Shown piece after piece: positions 1-10,283 of a stretch of 64,000 nucleotides of DNA; within the stretch, counting starts at the first letter, position 1; each line of letters opens with the position of its first letter. A program made the translations under genes and the position numbers. A model generated the notes under the pieces. That model was not told where the DNA came from. It saw nothing but the letters and a program-made list of their open reading frames with translations, and did no database searches. This DNA comes from Candidatus Thorarchaeota archaeon. GTDB lineage: Archaea > Asgardarchaeota > Heimdallarchaeia > Hodarchaeales > Hodarchaeaceae. Location of the stretch: assembly GCA_048882505.1 (NCBI GenBank), contig JBHLRO010000003.1, positions 15,157-79,156 on the forward strand, read 5' to 3'.

Positions 1-198
1 CAACATTGTAGTAATAAATGTCCATGCTTCAAGATAATTCTCTCTACCACCGATGCTCTTATCGAAACCAGTTAGGTGATCATTGGTATATATTCCCCAA
101 TAATCAAACTGTTCATCAACTCTTTTTACATATTCACGTAGTTCAGTGACCGACCAGTTTGGTTCTCGTAGATATAGTCCCCATTTATTGTCTCTCAT
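1..198 (-). CDS. hypothetical protein, 5' part only (gene continues beyond window start)
   Basis: Reverse strand reads ATG at 198..196 then MRDNKWGLYLREPNWSVTELREYVKRVDEQFDYWGIYTNDHLTGFDK... with no stop before the window edge; not in the track because incomplete. No family recognised. Confidence 0.35.
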   Translation of the reverse strand, partial: MRDNKWGLYLREPNWSVTELREYVKRVDEQFDYWGIYTNDHLTGFDKSIGGRENYLEAWTFITTML

Positions 199-278
199 GA
201 TAATTCAGACCTTATTCCTTAATTAAAGTATTTTGCTTGCCGTATAAAACGAGAGCTATCACGATAACTCAATAAAAC

Positions 279-713
279 TTGGCTTATTTTTCACGAAACT
301 TAGAAACGGGGAATCCGTTTAAAAAAGGATTTGCGACCGCTTTGATCAGTATGACAAAATTCACTCCAGCCCCGATTAAACCTTTAATCAGCTTAACCGA
401 ACTTAATAAAGTGGATATTCGTGTAGGCACAATTACCCAGGTTATAGACATTCCTCGATCTACTAATTTAGTGAAATTGGTGGTAGATTTGGGCGATCAC
501 ACCAGGTCAATTGTTGCTGGTATAAAACAAGAAAGGAAAAATCCAAAGGAGGTGGAGGGATTACAGGCCCTCTTCGTTGTCAATCTTGAACCGAAAAAGA
601 TAATGGGAGAAACCTCCGAGGGTATGTTGTTTGATATTGGATATTCCGACAAGATCACACCAGTCTTAGCTCTTCCCGAAAGGCTCGTACCTGACGGAAC
701 TAGAGCTGAATGA
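279..713 (+). CDS. tRNA-binding domain protein (CsaA/Trbp111-like OB fold)
   Basis: Motifs VDIRVGTI...LVVDLGD...LFVVNLEPKKIMGETSEGML resemble the tRNA-binding domain of CsaA/Trbp111/MetRS C-terminus. True start may be the internal Met near 351. Confidence 0.6.
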   Translation: MAYFSRNLETGNPFKKGFATALISMTKFTPAPIKPLISLTELNKVDIRVGTITQVIDIPRSTNLVKLVVDLGDHTRSIVAGIKQERKNPKEVEGLQALFVVNLEPKKIMGETSEGMLFDIGYSDKITPVLALPERLVPDGTRAE

Positions 714-741
714 TAGGAAAGCACCATTAGAGGAAACAGAG

Positions 742-1062
742 ATGATAAGTCGAGTTTGGCATGGGTGGACAACCCATGAGAATGCTAACGCATATGAAAC
801 ACTATTAAGGGAGGAAATTTTCCGGAATATAGAAGATCGCGCCATCAAGGGGTATCTGGGCATCAATCTTTTCAGAAGAGATACGGATACGGAAACCGAG
901 TTTATGACCGTGATGTGGTTCGATACATTCGACGCTGTACGGGAATTTGCAGGAGAAGATCATGAAAGGGCCGTTGTTCCTGCAAAAGCAAAAAGATTAC
1001 TTTCTCGTTATGACAAACGCTCTCAGCATTATGAAGTAATTATTGAAAGAAATAGAGGGTAG
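742..1062 (+). CDS. small alpha+beta barrel protein, ABM (antibiotic biosynthesis monooxygenase)-like
   Basis: 106 aa; pattern FMTVMWFDTFDAVREFAGEDH resembles the ABM/Dabb fold signature. Family-level guess only. Confidence 0.4.
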   Translation: MISRVWHGWTTHENANAYETLLREEIFRNIEDRAIKGYLGINLFRRDTDTETEFMTVMWFDTFDAVREFAGEDHERAVVPAKAKRLLSRYDKRSQHYEVIIERNRG

Positions 1063-1414
1063 GTTACCATCTATTCATTTCCTATTAACCATATCATCTC
1101 CTAAGGAATTATCCGGTTTACCTTAGGTTCTTGAATAATTATGTCTTCAACCTTTACTGAATCTACAGGGACAAATTTCATTCTCTAGTGCCTTGCTTAG
1201 TTGACAGTGCTCCTTGTTTCAGTCATTTTTCATTCTACGATGGTTTCATTTGAATTGTCTTGCTGCTCATGAAGGCCGCCCGCCCTTTTCGTAATCTTTA
1301 TACTAAATTTATCATTATGACAAGATTGTTTCAAAAATCGGGAAATTATTTGCCAAAATGTGACCAGCTCTAAACAGTGCCTAGAGATCATTGGTTGAAA
1401 TATTGCCGTAGAAG

Positions 1415-4036
1415 GTGAAGAGAATGCTACTAAACTCATTGATAGGGAAAAGGAAATATCTGGCCATTCTAGTTTGTATTTCCTATTATTTGTTTCTTAT
1501 GACTGTTCCTAGCTCTCTTGCTAACGGCGTAATGTCCGTAAAGCCTTCCATCAATGGTTTAGAGATTTCCAGTGACCCGATATATACTGAATCAAGCGGT
1601 TCCTCAACCGATCCCCGCTCTTCGAATGTTGAGACTCCTGAACATTACCTGATGACTCAAAAACTTCTAGGTGAAGCAGAGATATACTCAAACATCACTG
1701 TAGCGATAATATTAGACGATCTGAATTCGGTACTTGAAGGTAACCTGTCTATCGATTACTATAATCGGGATCCTATCAATATTAGTCGTATTCCCTTCCA
1801 CCTCTACCCTTCGGGAATGGCAAATGTTTCCCGAAAAGGAAGGATAGATATTCTTGGGGTAACCGACCAGACACACACGGCCCTCTTGTTTAATGTGCTA
1901 TCGGATCAACAACTTATGTGGGTGAACCTAACTGTCGATCTTTCGCCCTCTATGAGCACGAGAATAAATATAAAGTTCAATACCACCCTTCCTGACGGAT
2001 ATGACAGATCAAACTCCAATGGTTTTGATAGCAATCAATCACGCATCTTTACAGCCACGGGATTCTATCCTATCCCTTGTGTTTATGATGCTATTGATGG
2101 TTGGAACACTGATCCCTATATTAATGTTAGTGATCCGTTCTACTTTGATATGGCCAACTACGAACTCACTGCTACGGTTCCTACAGGATTTATCGTTGTA
2201 GCGACAGGCGACTTGATAGACCGAATGGCTCTGGGAAACTATGTCTCTTACGAATTTAAACCGATAGCTCCTGTAAGGGAGGTCGTATTCTCAACTTCCC
2301 GGTACTTCACCGTGGAAAGTACCATGAGCAACGGAATTAATGTTTCAAGCTTCTTTTTACCGCATAGTAGTGGATTATGGTCGGAAAGAGCCCTTGATGC
2401 TTCAATTAGGGCACTAACTCTTTTTAGTGATACATTTGGTACGTATCCTTATACTACATATAATATTGTCGAAGTGTACGGATTTTATAGCGGAATGGAG
2501 TACCCCTGTCTAGCTCAGATCTCTGAAGGAATTGCTGCACGTCATCCTGACGATACTAATTTTTGGTTTGAACTTACCCTCGCCCACGAGGCAGCTCATC
2601 AATGGTGGAGCCAAATAGTTGGAAACAATCAAATAGATTTTGGCCATCTCGATGAAGGATTGGCTAGCTGGTCAACGGATTACTATTTTGACTATTACAA
2701 TCCAAGCTGGAATTATTTTGAAGGCTATTGGGCCGTTAACGATGTTAGAACCTATTATATCACTAATAAGCAACCAGCGCGAGTCAATCAATCCGCCTAT
2801 GCCTTCATTGGAACCAATATGAGTTTTAGTTTTACAGCCTACACGAAGGCCCCCTTACTCTTCCAAAAACTTAGATCCACCCTCGGAAACACTGATTATA
2901 TTTCTGGATTAAAAAACTTCTATGACGCATATAAATTTGCAACCGCAACGCTGCCCTTACTCCAACAATCTTTTGAAGAAACAACAGGCAAGAATCTAGA
3001 TTGGTTCTTCCTTCCATGGTTTGACAATCCCTATCTCCCCAACTATTATGTTAGCAATGTAACTTATGACCCTAATCAAAATAATATGAGTTTCACGGTT
3101 ATGGACAGTAATGAAGATCTAAATAATTATTATTATTCCCAGAAACTCCCGATTTTAGTCTTGGATATTCGTTCATTCGGGATATTATATGGTGATCAAA
3201 TCTGGGTCAACGGTACAACGGATGTTGAGGTGAATCTGATTGAGGGAATGACTCCAGGGGAAATACGCCTTGTGTACGATTCTGAAGTTCTCGCGCAGAT
3301 GGTCTCGATCGAAACTCCCTTCGTATCATACAGTGACCCCAGTTGGTTCGACAGTCTGGGACGTCCTGATCCCAGTTGGCTTTCATTTGAAAAAGACGAT
3401 TGGATTGATTGGAACTATAGAGCTACTTTTACCGATATGAAGAACCAGATAGCTTCGCTTGACCAGAGTGGGATTTTTCATTGTAATATTCTGAAAATCA
3501 AACGACTCGCCAGAACAGTAGAAATAGAATCTGAATGGCTTTGGACCCCTTCTCATGGAATGTTTTCAGAGTTCACTGGTATATTTACCAGTTATCTTGA
3601 TGCTGAAAGCCATGTCACCCCCTATCATATGGCCTTGGTTTCTTTTTTTGTAGGTTCAGATTTTCAATTTACGCCAGCATGGCTGGATTCGATAAGGCCA
3701 CTTGTCGAAACGCTGAATTATGAAATACAAGATGACGGCCATAGACTTAATGCAAGGTACTTTAGTGGCGGAGATAATTTCACGGTTTTTGCAGATTATA
3801 ATTCTGATGGTATCTTGGCCAAAGTTGAAATAGCTTTCCATCCGCTTTATCCAGCTGGGAGTCAGGGCCCAGAATTACACGGGAAACTTACGCTAGTTTT
3901 ACGTAACAGCTCATTCATGGACTATAGACCCGTATTGGCCTCTCTCGTAGAATTGGCTCTTATCCCTTTCTCTGGAGCCGTCGTCATAGCATATGTGGCC
4001 TGGTACCTACAAAAACGGCGGAATAATCACTCCTAA
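1415..4036 (+). CDS. M1-family zinc aminopeptidase (gluzincin), secreted and membrane-anchored
   Basis: HEAAHQWW (HExxH) followed by LDEG glutamate about 20 residues later; N-terminal signal-peptide-like hydrophobic segment; many N-x-S/T sequons; C-terminal hydrophobic helix followed by basic tail QKRRNNHS. Confidence 0.8.
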   Translation: MKRMLLNSLIGKRKYLAILVCISYYLFLMTVPSSLANGVMSVKPSINGLEISSDPIYTESSGSSTDPRSSNVETPEHYLMTQKLLGEAEIYSNITVAIILDDLNSVLEGNLSIDYYNRDPINISRIPFHLYPSGMANVSRKGRIDILGVTDQTHTALLFNVLSDQQLMWVNLTVDLSPSMSTRINIKFNTTLPDGYDRSNSNGFDSNQSRIFTATGFYPIPCVYDAIDGWNTDPYINVSDPFYFDMANYELTATVPTGFIVVATGDLIDRMALGNYVSYEFKPIAPVREVVFSTSRYFTVESTMSNGINVSSFFLPHSSGLWSERALDASIRALTLFSDTFGTYPYTTYNIVEVYGFYSGMEYPCLAQISEGIAARHPDDTNFWFELTLAHEAAHQWWSQIVGNNQIDFGHLDEGLASWSTDYYFDYYNPSWNYFEGYWAVNDVRTYYITNKQPARVNQSAYAFIGTNMSFSFTAYTKAPLLFQKLRSTLGNTDYISGLKNFYDAYKFATATLPLLQQSFEETTGKNLDWFFLPWFDNPYLPNYYVSNVTYDPNQNNMSFTVMDSNEDLNNYYYSQKLPILVLDIRSFGILYGDQIWVNGTTDVEVNLIEGMTPGEIRLVYDSEVLAQMVSIETPFVSYSDPSWFDSLGRPDPSWLSFEKDDWIDWNYRATFTDMKNQIASLDQSGIFHCNILKIKRLARTVEIESEWLWTPSHGMFSEFTGIFTSYLDAESHVTPYHMALVSFFVGSDFQFTPAWLDSIRPLVETLNYEIQDDGHRLNARYFSGGDNFTVFADYNSDGILAKVEIAFHPLYPAGSQGPELHGKLTLVLRNSSFMDYRPVLASLVELALIPFSGAVVIAYVAWYLQKRRNNHS

Positions 4037-5309
4037 CGCCAGAGATGATAAGATGGATATGCACGCTGCAATATCAAAAGAAGTAGAAAACCCTGATCCT
4101 TCTAGGATCGCTGCCATTGACTTTGCTAGAGGTCTCGTGGTTATTTTAATGGCTCTCGATCATGCTTCGACCTATTGGAACTCAGGTCGGGTTTTCGGGG
4201 AATTCTGGTTTAGCAAACGACCCTTTCCGATGCCCGACCCATTGCAATTTCTAATACGATTGGTTTCTCATTGGTGTGCCCCAGCTTTTGTTTTTTTAGC
4301 AGGAACATCTATCATCCTTTATGAATCGTCACGAAGGAAACGAGATATCACAGAGAACGAAATCACAAACCACCTGGTAGCACGAGGATGCGTGCTCCTA
4401 ATAATCGAATGGACGCTGATCGGATGGTTATTTTCCGCTGCATCTGGTTATTTTGGAGTCCTAGCTGCGATAGGCGTTGGACTCATAATTTATGCTTTTG
4501 TCAGAAGGTTGAACACTAAAATCATTCTAGGGTTTTCTCTATTCCTTGTACTCTCCCCATTGTTTGCAGGATTTATTTGGAATCCGATATTGGAACCTGA
4601 TTCTCATCCTGTGAATTTCTCGATTTTGTACCCGGGTATTATTCTCGACCCTATTCTCTCAGTAAATCCCGAATTACAAACCTGGGTTCGTACAATTCTT
4701 CATTGGCCTCAGTTCCCATATGGTCTTTACCCTTTGGATCCATGGCTTGGCGTTATGGGACTAGGGATCGTTTTTGGCCGTTGGTTGGTAAAGCAACAAG
4801 AAGAAAAGAAAACGCCGCGCAATTTTTCAAAGCAGGTAGGACTCACGGGAGGGATAGCCTTGATTTTGTTCTTCTTTGTCCGGACACTCCTAGGGTTGCC
4901 CAGTACCTATTTCCCCATTTGGTCTACTGATGGGGTTCTCATCGAGAATGCTTTTATGATCCAGAATTATTTCTGGATGAGTAAATACCCCCCAAGCATT
5001 GTTTTTCTCCTTTGGACTTTGGGAGGAATGTGCCTCGTATTGGCAGTGGGATTTTATTTCCAGGAAAACGAAAAGTTTCAGAAGTGGGTTGGTGTAATCT
5101 TGCTATTCGGAAGCACAGCTTTGTTTTTCTATTGTACTCATTTATTAATCTACGGTGCGGTGCCTGTTGTTTTGGGATTGGTAAAATTGTTTTCTATTCA
5201 GGTCACCTTGCTTGTCTGGATCCTGGGTTTGTTAATCCTGTATCCTTTGTGTGTACAATTTAAGCAAATCAAAAGAAAATACCCCCAAACTTTGCTTAGA
5301 TACATTTAG
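3993..5309 (+). CDS. polytopic membrane protein, DUF1624/HGSNAT-like acyltransferase family (tentative)
   Basis: N-terminal motif RIAAIDFARGLVVILMALDH followed by about 10 hydrophobic helices. Overlaps the upstream gene by 44 nt, so the real start is probably the Met near 4053. Confidence 0.5.
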   Translation: MWPGTYKNGGIITPNARDDKMDMHAAISKEVENPDPSRIAAIDFARGLVVILMALDHASTYWNSGRVFGEFWFSKRPFPMPDPLQFLIRLVSHWCAPAFVFLAGTSIILYESSRRKRDITENEITNHLVARGCVLLIIEWTLIGWLFSAASGYFGVLAAIGVGLIIYAFVRRLNTKIILGFSLFLVLSPLFAGFIWNPILEPDSHPVNFSILYPGIILDPILSVNPELQTWVRTILHWPQFPYGLYPLDPWLGVMGLGIVFGRWLVKQQEEKKTPRNFSKQVGLTGGIALILFFFVRTLLGLPSTYFPIWSTDGVLIENAFMIQNYFWMSKYPPSIVFLLWTLGGMCLVLAVGFYFQENEKFQKWVGVILLFGSTALFFYCTHLLIYGAVPVVLGLVKLFSIQVTLLVWILGLLILYPLCVQFKQIKRKYPQTLLRYI

Positions 5310-5351
5310 GCGCGTTATCACATCGCTAATATGGAATTTTCTCAAAAAGAC

Positions 5352-6668
5352 CTAAAGAAAAGGAGATAGAATGATTAGATAAATCGTCCCAATTAGAAGA
5401 TGGAAAACACCTAAAACTCCACCGAGTCTAAAGAATTCAAAGAACGAGATTGGAGACCCTTCCCGATTGGATAAATTAATGGCTAGTATATTCGCTGGAC
5501 TGCCTATTGGCAAGATGTATCCACCTAGATTTACTGCAATCACTAATCCCCACCATTTTATATTATCGACAACCCCAATCACTTGTAGATCTGCAAAAAC
5601 TGGCGCCAAGGCGGCAGAAACTGGAATATTGTCCACAACTGCTGATATGGCTCCAATTCCAAATGATATGAGTGGTAAACTAAAAAACAGGTCTAGTTCA
5701 AAAAAAGGAGTCAGGATTTCGGCGAGGATTTCTAATATGCCAAGAATTTCAATCGATCCCACCAGTATGAATAATCCCATTATGAAGTAGATAGAAATCC
5801 ATTCGACATCACGAAAGATATCTTTTGGGTGCATTCCACTAAACAACAGAAGCCCGGCAGCAACTACAAGTGCTATTTCTGCTGCCTTAAGATGAAAAAT
5901 CGATCCAAAAATAAATCCTGAAACCAGAACAATCAATCCAAATATGACCGAATAAAAGGTCCTCCGATTTTCAACAAGAACTCCTGGATCCAAAAGAAAA
6001 ATCTCGGAGACAAGATCGGGAGAGGGATCTTGAAACTTCTTACGTGCATAGAAGATATAGAATGGCAACGCCGTTAGTAGTAGAATCAAACTAAGCGGCC
6101 CCATAACCAATATAAAGTCAAGAAAGGTGGCGCCGCTTTTATCTGCAAGAACTATATTTGGTATGCTTCCAACGAGGGAGGAGATCGAGGCAAAATTTGC
6201 TGTTATTGCTTCAATTGTTAGCATTGGGCGAAAATCAAAATCCAAGATTCGATAAATCTCTACGGTCAGTGGTGCTACGATCAACATCGTAGTGATTACA
6301 TCAAAGACGAAACTAATGATAAAAGTTACAAGAGTGAGCGATAATAGTAAAGTTCTTGGATTCCCTTGAGTAAATCGGACTATTATGATGCTAATATATT
6401 GAAAAAGGCCTGACCTGCTAGAGATGATGGTAATTATCATCATCGCAGTGATAAAGATTAGTGTATTCCATTCAACTCGGAAAATTATGGTTTCAAATTC
6501 GGTCGGGCGCCCTTCATATTGCCATTGGGTTATTATCAAAAGAACTGATATGGCCCCGGCACCCAATAGCGCTGAAATCGGTCGGTGGAGTTTTTCTGTT
6601 GAAATAAGTATATAGGTGCCAATAAAAATTGCGATACCTATGATCTGAACAAGTTCGAGTGCGGCCAT
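5352..6668 (-). CDS. ArsB/NhaD-superfamily ion transporter permease
   Basis: 438 aa, 10-12 predicted TM helices, internally duplicated architecture typical of the ArsB/NhaD/CitMHS ion transporter superfamily. Confidence 0.55.
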   Translation of the reverse strand: MAALELVQIIGIAIFIGTYILISTEKLHRPISALLGAGAISVLLIITQWQYEGRPTEFETIIFRVEWNTLIFITAMMIITIISSRSGLFQYISIIIVRFTQGNPRTLLLSLTLVTFIISFVFDVITTMLIVAPLTVEIYRILDFDFRPMLTIEAITANFASISSLVGSIPNIVLADKSGATFLDFILVMGPLSLILLLTALPFYIFYARKKFQDPSPDLVSEIFLLDPGVLVENRRTFYSVIFGLIVLVSGFIFGSIFHLKAAEIALVVAAGLLLFSGMHPKDIFRDVEWISIYFIMGLFILVGSIEILGILEILAEILTPFFELDLFFSLPLISFGIGAISAVVDNIPVSAALAPVFADLQVIGVVDNIKWWGLVIAVNLGGYILPIGSPANILAINLSNREGSPISFFEFFRLGGVLGVFHLLIGTIYLIILSPFL

Positions 6669-7036
6669 TAATGAAACTTCACGATCGGAGATATTGATGA
6701 ATATGATAGAATATTGGCTATTCTTTTTTCTCTAATTGCTTCACAAAGGACGTATTGAGGAGATCAAAGGCTCATAATATATCTTACTGGTGGACATCTG
6801 CATATCTGATACTCTTGCAGATCCCCTGAATCTTCAAGCTAATTCATGCGTAATCATTATACTTCTACGCAATTAAATTAATAAGATTGTTGTTGATCAA
6901 ACATAAGTGATAGATTCAAATTCAAGAGTATCAATTATTCTCAGCATATTCAAGATTAGTACTCCAAGTCAATTTTGACTCTCTAATAGGAAATTCGTAT
7001 AGCTACCACAAATTAAAAGCCAAATGGTGTCCGTGT

Positions 7037-7960
7037 TTGAAGGAACTTGATATAAAATCCAATATTGATTTGGTTATGGGAGAAATAGTAGATCTCATTC
7101 ATAATGCAGTGAAAGAAAGAAAATACGATGGGGTACTCATATGGTTTTCAGGATTTATCGATTCGACCGTAATCACCAAATTATCACTTGAGGCCCTGGA
7201 TGAGAATAAGATAAAGATCCTTCTCCGGTCAGAAAAGTTTTATGAAGATTACGACGAGATATGCAACAGTTCATTAGATTACCTAGGGATAAAGAAAGAG
7301 AATATTGAAGAGTGCGATGTGGATGAATTGTTGGATAAATTTGGCTCCGGACCCCTTGTCGAAGGATCGATTAGGCAGATTCCCCTGGTAAGCACCCGCT
7401 TGAGCTATTCCCTTCTGAAGGGTGCCTCGCTTGGTGAGATAAAGGATAAAACGTACGGATTTGTTGGCAAAGCATCCTCTGGGAGGGATGAATTGCTCAA
7501 TCGTATAATCGCACACAATAAACTTGGCTCCAGAATTCAAATGGCTTCGGCGTATTTGATTGCAGAGACAGAAAATCGACTATTGATCAGTACTCTCAAT
7601 AAAACCGAATTGATGACTGGTTTATTCACCAAATTTGGAAGGGGACAGTGCGCTGATCTAATGCCTCTTGGACATCTATATAGATCCCAAATATTGCAGT
7701 TGGCTGAATTTTTGGATGTTCCAGAAACCATCAGAAGTGCTGCTAAAGTCGACCTTCTTCCAGGGGTTGAGAACAAGTATTTGTATTTCTTTAATCTGCC
7801 AGCTTATGATGTTGACAAAGTTCTGGTATTATTAGAAGCTGGTCGATCGGTTCAGGACATTCAGAGCGAACTGAACCTTTCTATTGAAGAGATTGAGAGA
7901 ATTAGTACGTTTGTTGCCTCATCTGCGTATTCAAGAACTGCACCTTTGATGATTAAATAA
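7037..7960 (+). CDS. NAD+ synthetase (NadE)-like PP-loop protein with degenerate ATP-binding motif
   Basis: Core LMTGLFTKFGRGQCADLMPLGHLYRSQILQLAEFLDVPE matches the NadE signature (FTKYGDGG-AD-PL...K-Q), but the P-loop SGGxDS reads SGFIDS and GDGG reads GRGQ. Track start is TTG; first ATG at 7076. Confidence 0.6.
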   Translation: MKELDIKSNIDLVMGEIVDLIHNAVKERKYDGVLIWFSGFIDSTVITKLSLEALDENKIKILLRSEKFYEDYDEICNSSLDYLGIKKENIEECDVDELLDKFGSGPLVEGSIRQIPLVSTRLSYSLLKGASLGEIKDKTYGFVGKASSGRDELLNRIIAHNKLGSRIQMASAYLIAETENRLLISTLNKTELMTGLFTKFGRGQCADLMPLGHLYRSQILQLAEFLDVPETIRSAAKVDLLPGVENKYLYFFNLPAYDVDKVLVLLEAGRSVQDIQSELNLSIEEIERISTFVASSAYSRTAPLMIK

Positions 7961-8124
7961 ACAAAATCCTTACGGTAAATTTACCTCGAAATTTCAAAGA
8001 GATTCAGTTAAGGCATTTTCAAGAATAACACTTGCCATTCGGTGAATGGATATAAAAAACTCGCCCATGATAGCTTTTGAAAATAAGTAAATTCTAGAGC
8101 AACTATTGTATGTTCGTTTGAATA

Positions 8125-9084
8125 TTATATCTCGGGAATTAAGGGAACTGCTCTAGCGTACTTGGATACGTCGTAATAATACCTGATCTTCTGTATCGCA
8201 TCAAAATGGACCCCAGTCTCTTGATGGATTTCTTCCATGGAATAACCTCCGACCTCAAGTCTTAACAAAACGCGGTCTACCTCCCTATATGATAGATCAA
8301 AGAAAAATCTATAACTTGTTGGTATCTTCTCGACTCTTTCATCGAGATATTTGTTTAAGTTTAGATATTCCGCCAATTGAACGACCTGTGTTTTATAAAG
8401 CGCAGCTAAAGGGAGAAAATCGGCCGCATGATAGGTTCCGAATTTTGTAAAGAGCCCCAAGAGCCATTCTGTTTTATTGACATGACCAATATAAGATTTA
8501 TTTTCTATTTCAGCCAGAAGGAAAGAGAGAAGCATATTTAGACGTATCCGGCTTTTATAATGGGCTATTGACTGACGAATAAACTTCTCCCTTTTGGTGC
8601 CTGGCCGTTTTGAAGGAGGGCTGAATGTTTCCAACTCAAAATCATCGCGGGCCATGCTCTTAAACAAGATATAGCTTAAATTATAATTTAATATCGGAAG
8701 ACTGTCAGTAGCTGAACGAGCTACCATCATTCCGGTTTTTTCTGAGTAAACCCTGCCGATATCCCGAATTATTTTCTCTATATTGATGAAAACAAGACTT
8801 TCGTTTGGTAGGTTAAGATATTGTTTTATCAACTCTGTGTCCCTCTCCCTCGTTGGCTTTCTACTACTGAATCTGCCTTGAGTCACGATCAGACTGATAT
8901 TTTCCGCCCCTACGGCCGCAGATGCCAATTTAACGTTAACAAGAGACTCAACATCGTCTCTAAAAAGTAGAATTAGGCCTTCAATGTCTCTTTCTTCCAA
9001 GTAGGAACGGAGGAATTCGACAATTTTCTCTTCAACAGAACTTGGGTCGATTTGTAACCTTTCATCCAAATCCATTTCGTTCAT
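8125..9084 (-). CDS. NAD+ synthetase (NadE)-like PP-loop paralog, strongly degenerate motifs
   Basis: Core EWLLGLFTKFGTYHAADFLPLAALYKTQVVQLAEYLNL is paralogous to 7037..7960; the P-loop position reads LLFRDDVES instead of SGGxDS; GDGG reads GTYH. Confidence 0.55.
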   Translation of the reverse strand: MNEMDLDERLQIDPSSVEEKIVEFLRSYLEERDIEGLILLFRDDVESLVNVKLASAAVGAENISLIVTQGRFSSRKPTRERDTELIKQYLNLPNESLVFINIEKIIRDIGRVYSEKTGMMVARSATDSLPILNYNLSYILFKSMARDDFELETFSPPSKRPGTKREKFIRQSIAHYKSRIRLNMLLSFLLAEIENKSYIGHVNKTEWLLGLFTKFGTYHAADFLPLAALYKTQVVQLAEYLNLNKYLDERVEKIPTSYRFFFDLSYREVDRVLLRLEVGGYSMEEIHQETGVHFDAIQKIRYYYDVSKYARAVPLIPEI

Positions 9085-9137
9085 AGGGTAATACTAACGC
9101 GCTTATGATAATTACCCTCTTGACGCGAATTCAAGGT

Positions 9138-10217
9138 TTAGATGGGGACGAAGGTTTCGTCTTTGGAAATTGACTTAATCAGGTTCACGACCAAATTAAC
9201 GCAATTTTCCACGTCATCTAAACTGATAACCTCACTAGCAGTGTGCATATAGCGATTCGGAATACTTACTAGGGCTGTAGCTGCTCCAACTAATTGAAGA
9301 GCATTGGCATCTGTACCTGTTCCCCTATGTGCAGCTTTTCTTTGATAGGGTATATTAAGTTCTTCAGCGAGCTTAATGATCTTTTGAAATAAGTTGGGGT
9401 TTATATTCGGACCTACCGAGATAATTGGGCCCTGACCAAGCTTGGTATCGCCCACTAGCTTTTTCTTGATTTCTGGTGCATCCGCCGCATGTCCGACATC
9501 AAAAGCAATCCCTACCTCTGGTCTTATACTTCTTGCTGCCACTGTGGCACCACGCATCCCGATCTCTTCTTGTACTGAACTTACTCCATATACTCCTGCA
9601 AAGAACTGCTTATCACTGGAAAGTTCTTTCATTATTTCCATTGTGATAAAGGCACCGATCGCGTCATCAAAGCCAGCCGAGGCTGCATAGTTATGGTCTC
9701 CAAGGCGTTGGTATCCGTGATCAAAAACCGCAAAATCACCGATTTCAACCTTTGATTCTGCTTCCTCCTTATTATGACATCCAATGTCTATGAAGATCTT
9801 CTCGATGTCAGGAGATTTTTTGCGTTCTTCTGGTTTTATTATGTGAATTGGCTTCCTGCCAATAACTCCAGGTATCGCGCCAGTTTTTCCCCAAACTTTC
9901 ACTCTTTTACCTGCTAATGTGGACGGGTCAAATCCACCCAACGGTAAGAACCAAAGGAATCCATTTTTATCGATATAACTAATTTGGAACCCGATCTGGT
10001 CGATATGTCCTACAAGCATAACCTTGGTTGGTGATTCTGGATTGATCACTGCGATTAGATTCCCAACTCGATCTCCGTAAAGCTGGTCTAAATTCGCTTC
10101 CGACTGCAGATAATCCTTGATCAAGCGTTGGGCGGAAAATTCGTATCCCGTGGCCCTCGGTGTTGAGAGCAATTGTTTCAGAAACCCCTCATTTATGGTG
10201 TATGCCAATATGATCAC
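9138..10217 (-). CDS. M42-family metallo-aminopeptidase (TET/FrvX/CelM-like)
   Basis: 359 aa with VGHIDQIGF, FDDAIGA, QEEIGMRGA motifs typical of M42 glutamyl/TET aminopeptidases. Confidence 0.75.
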   Translation of the reverse strand: MIILAYTINEGFLKQLLSTPRATGYEFSAQRLIKDYLQSEANLDQLYGDRVGNLIAVINPESPTKVMLVGHIDQIGFQISYIDKNGFLWFLPLGGFDPSTLAGKRVKVWGKTGAIPGVIGRKPIHIIKPEERKKSPDIEKIFIDIGCHNKEEAESKVEIGDFAVFDHGYQRLGDHNYAASAGFDDAIGAFITMEIMKELSSDKQFFAGVYGVSSVQEEIGMRGATVAARSIRPEVGIAFDVGHAADAPEIKKKLVGDTKLGQGPIISVGPNINPNLFQKIIKLAEELNIPYQRKAAHRGTGTDANALQLVGAATALVSIPNRYMHTASEVISLDDVENCVNLVVNLIKSISKDETFVPI

Positions 10218-10283
10218 GTTTTAGGTGATCGAGTAGTGAAACAAAGCTATCTTTAAATCCAATTGTATTGGAAGTGGACGTTT

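Noticed and set aside
1230-1439. 69-aa minus-strand ORF
   Set aside because: Overlaps the start of the M1 aminopeptidase gene and its upstream region; no motif; likely spurious.
5467-6615. Plus-strand ORFs (107 aa and 63 aa) inside the ArsB/NhaD permease gene
   Set aside because: Antisense shadow ORFs of a strongly supported membrane-protein gene; no motifs.
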